The notes under the pieces: model-generated
Told to the model about the DNA's origin: nothing
The model's database searches: none
The model's input: only the letters and a program-made list of their open reading frames with translations
Part shown: positions 62,920 through 64,000 of the stretch, one piece after another
Numbering within the stretch: position 1 is the first letter of the stretch
Layout of the letters: every line of letters starts with the position of its first letter
NCBI RefSeq assembly: GCF_964194155.1
Contig: NC_135879.1
Coordinates: 53,072,001-53,136,000 of the forward strand
Direction of reading: 5' to 3'
Length of the DNA: 64,000 nt
Source: Cetorhinus maximus
Taxonomy: Eukaryota
Translations under genes and position numbers: made by a program

Positions 62920-63530
62920 ACTATAACCCATCTCCAACTTTTCTTTCCCCTCAAATTATTGAACTTCCAAATCTGTGCCCATCTCTCTAATCAGGCTACC
63001 GTCCCTATCACAGCTCTGAAAAAGCCCTAACCAAAGTCACAACTCATGTTCCTTGTGACTCCACCAATGATAAATCGTCAATCCTCAATCTTCTCTGCAG
63101 CTTTTAACATGGTTGACCTCCCATGCTTCTCTAATGCTTCTTTTCCATTATCCAGCTCGATGAGACTGCCCCTTTTTAGGTCCACTTTTACTAATCCAAT
63201 CCCAACCAGCATTTTCTTCTCTTCTCACCACTACACTTTTACCACCAAGCCTCCAGGGAACTCTCCTTGGCCCCCTTGTTCCTTACCTACAATCTGCCCC
63301 TTTCTGATGGCACAAGGTCAGCTTCCCAATTCCTTTGGCTGGCCACTTTTGCATCCACTCTTCTTCAGTGTTCTAGGCTTCACACACTAAGATTCTCTTG
63401 ATAAATCCTTCTCTTCATATTGTTATTCTCCTTTAAAGGCCTTCTTATTCACCACTTTTACCCAGTGTTTAGATGCCCCTTTTAATATTTTATTCTTAGT
63501 CTGGGGGTCCATTTTGAGGTTATGCTTCTC
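62920..63530 (+). mobile_element. Decayed L2-clade LINE fragment
   Basis: tcaggctaccgtccctatcacagctctgaaaaagcccta = SGYRPYHSSEKAL (L2 SGFRxxHSTETAL motif); LSAAFNMVD. Confidence 0.65.
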
Positions 63531-63859
63531 TGAAGTGAGTTAGAGCATTTTGTGTCTATTTATACAGATGCAAGCTGCTGTTGTTGGAGTGGTCCTGCAA
63601 TTCATAACCTAACTCCTCTCATTTCCTCATCTTCATCTTGACACTATTGTTGAAACTTTCAATTCGAGGGGGAGCTAAAACAGGCAATAGTGAATCAGGT
63701 ACTAGTTGTACACCCAGCATAATATGGCTTTCATATCCAATATCTATCACTCAACCAACAGCACAAAAATCATCCAGTTACTTATCACTTCTTATCTGTG
63801 AAATCTTGCTCAGCTTATGAAAGGCTCTACATAATTTAAAAAAAAACTTGAAAGAAGTT

Positions 63860-64000
63860 ACATTTAATGGGTGTGGCATCAAGGAGCCCAAGCATAACTG
63901 AAGTCAACGGGAATCAGCAGGAAAACTCTCCACTGATTGGACTCATGCCTGAAAAAGGAAAATGGTTGTTGGAGATCAATCAGCTCAGTCCCACTGCAGG
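63860..64000 (+). mobile_element. LINE family B RT fragment (runs off the window)
   Basis: gtgtggcatcaaggagcc...ctgaagtcaacgggaatcagcaggaaaactc, as at 7680-7740. Confidence 0.7.

Noticed and set aside
1-64000. Prokaryotic-type systems (CRISPR array, retron, operons, defence islands)
   Set aside because: No regularly spaced repeats or gene-dense operons. The RT and GIY-YIG ORFs are all eukaryotic retroelement pieces.
34703-64000. NAF1 exon 1 or promoter CpG island
   Set aside because: No CpG-rich island or acidic/Ser-rich first exon was seen; it probably lies beyond the window.

Overview
This is vertebrate (non-prokaryotic) genomic DNA, most likely from a cartilaginous fish. That assignment is inferred from the repeat content: dense CR1 LINEs, a Deu-domain SINE and Penelope-like elements. 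The window is almost entirely intronic. The only host exon I can support is a 136-nt minus-strand exon (34567-34702) matching exon 2 of NAF1, the H/ACA RNP assembly factor; it has canonical AG/GT ends and the same phases as I recall for the human exon. I found no other NAF1 exon, which implies flanking introns of >34 kb and >29 kb. The rest is a nested mosaic of retroelements: many CR1 LINE fragments (including a young three-subfamily head-to-tail stack at ~49.7-55.0 kb with an open 557-aa RT ORF), a second CR1/L2-group LINE family with an apparent partner tRNA-SINE, RTE and L2 fragments, two Penelope-like families with inverted pseudo-LTR ends and hammerhead-ribozyme-like motifs, and a decayed Ty3/Gypsy element with the unusual IN-RT-RH (Gmr1-type) order. 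The most notable structures are the hammerhead motifs, the Gmr1-type element, a ~190-bp inverted local duplication pasted into an old LINE, and the CR1 stack. I did not find a convincingly novel multi-gene system. Boundaries of decayed repeats are approximate (tens of bp), and family names come from motif recognition, not database searches.
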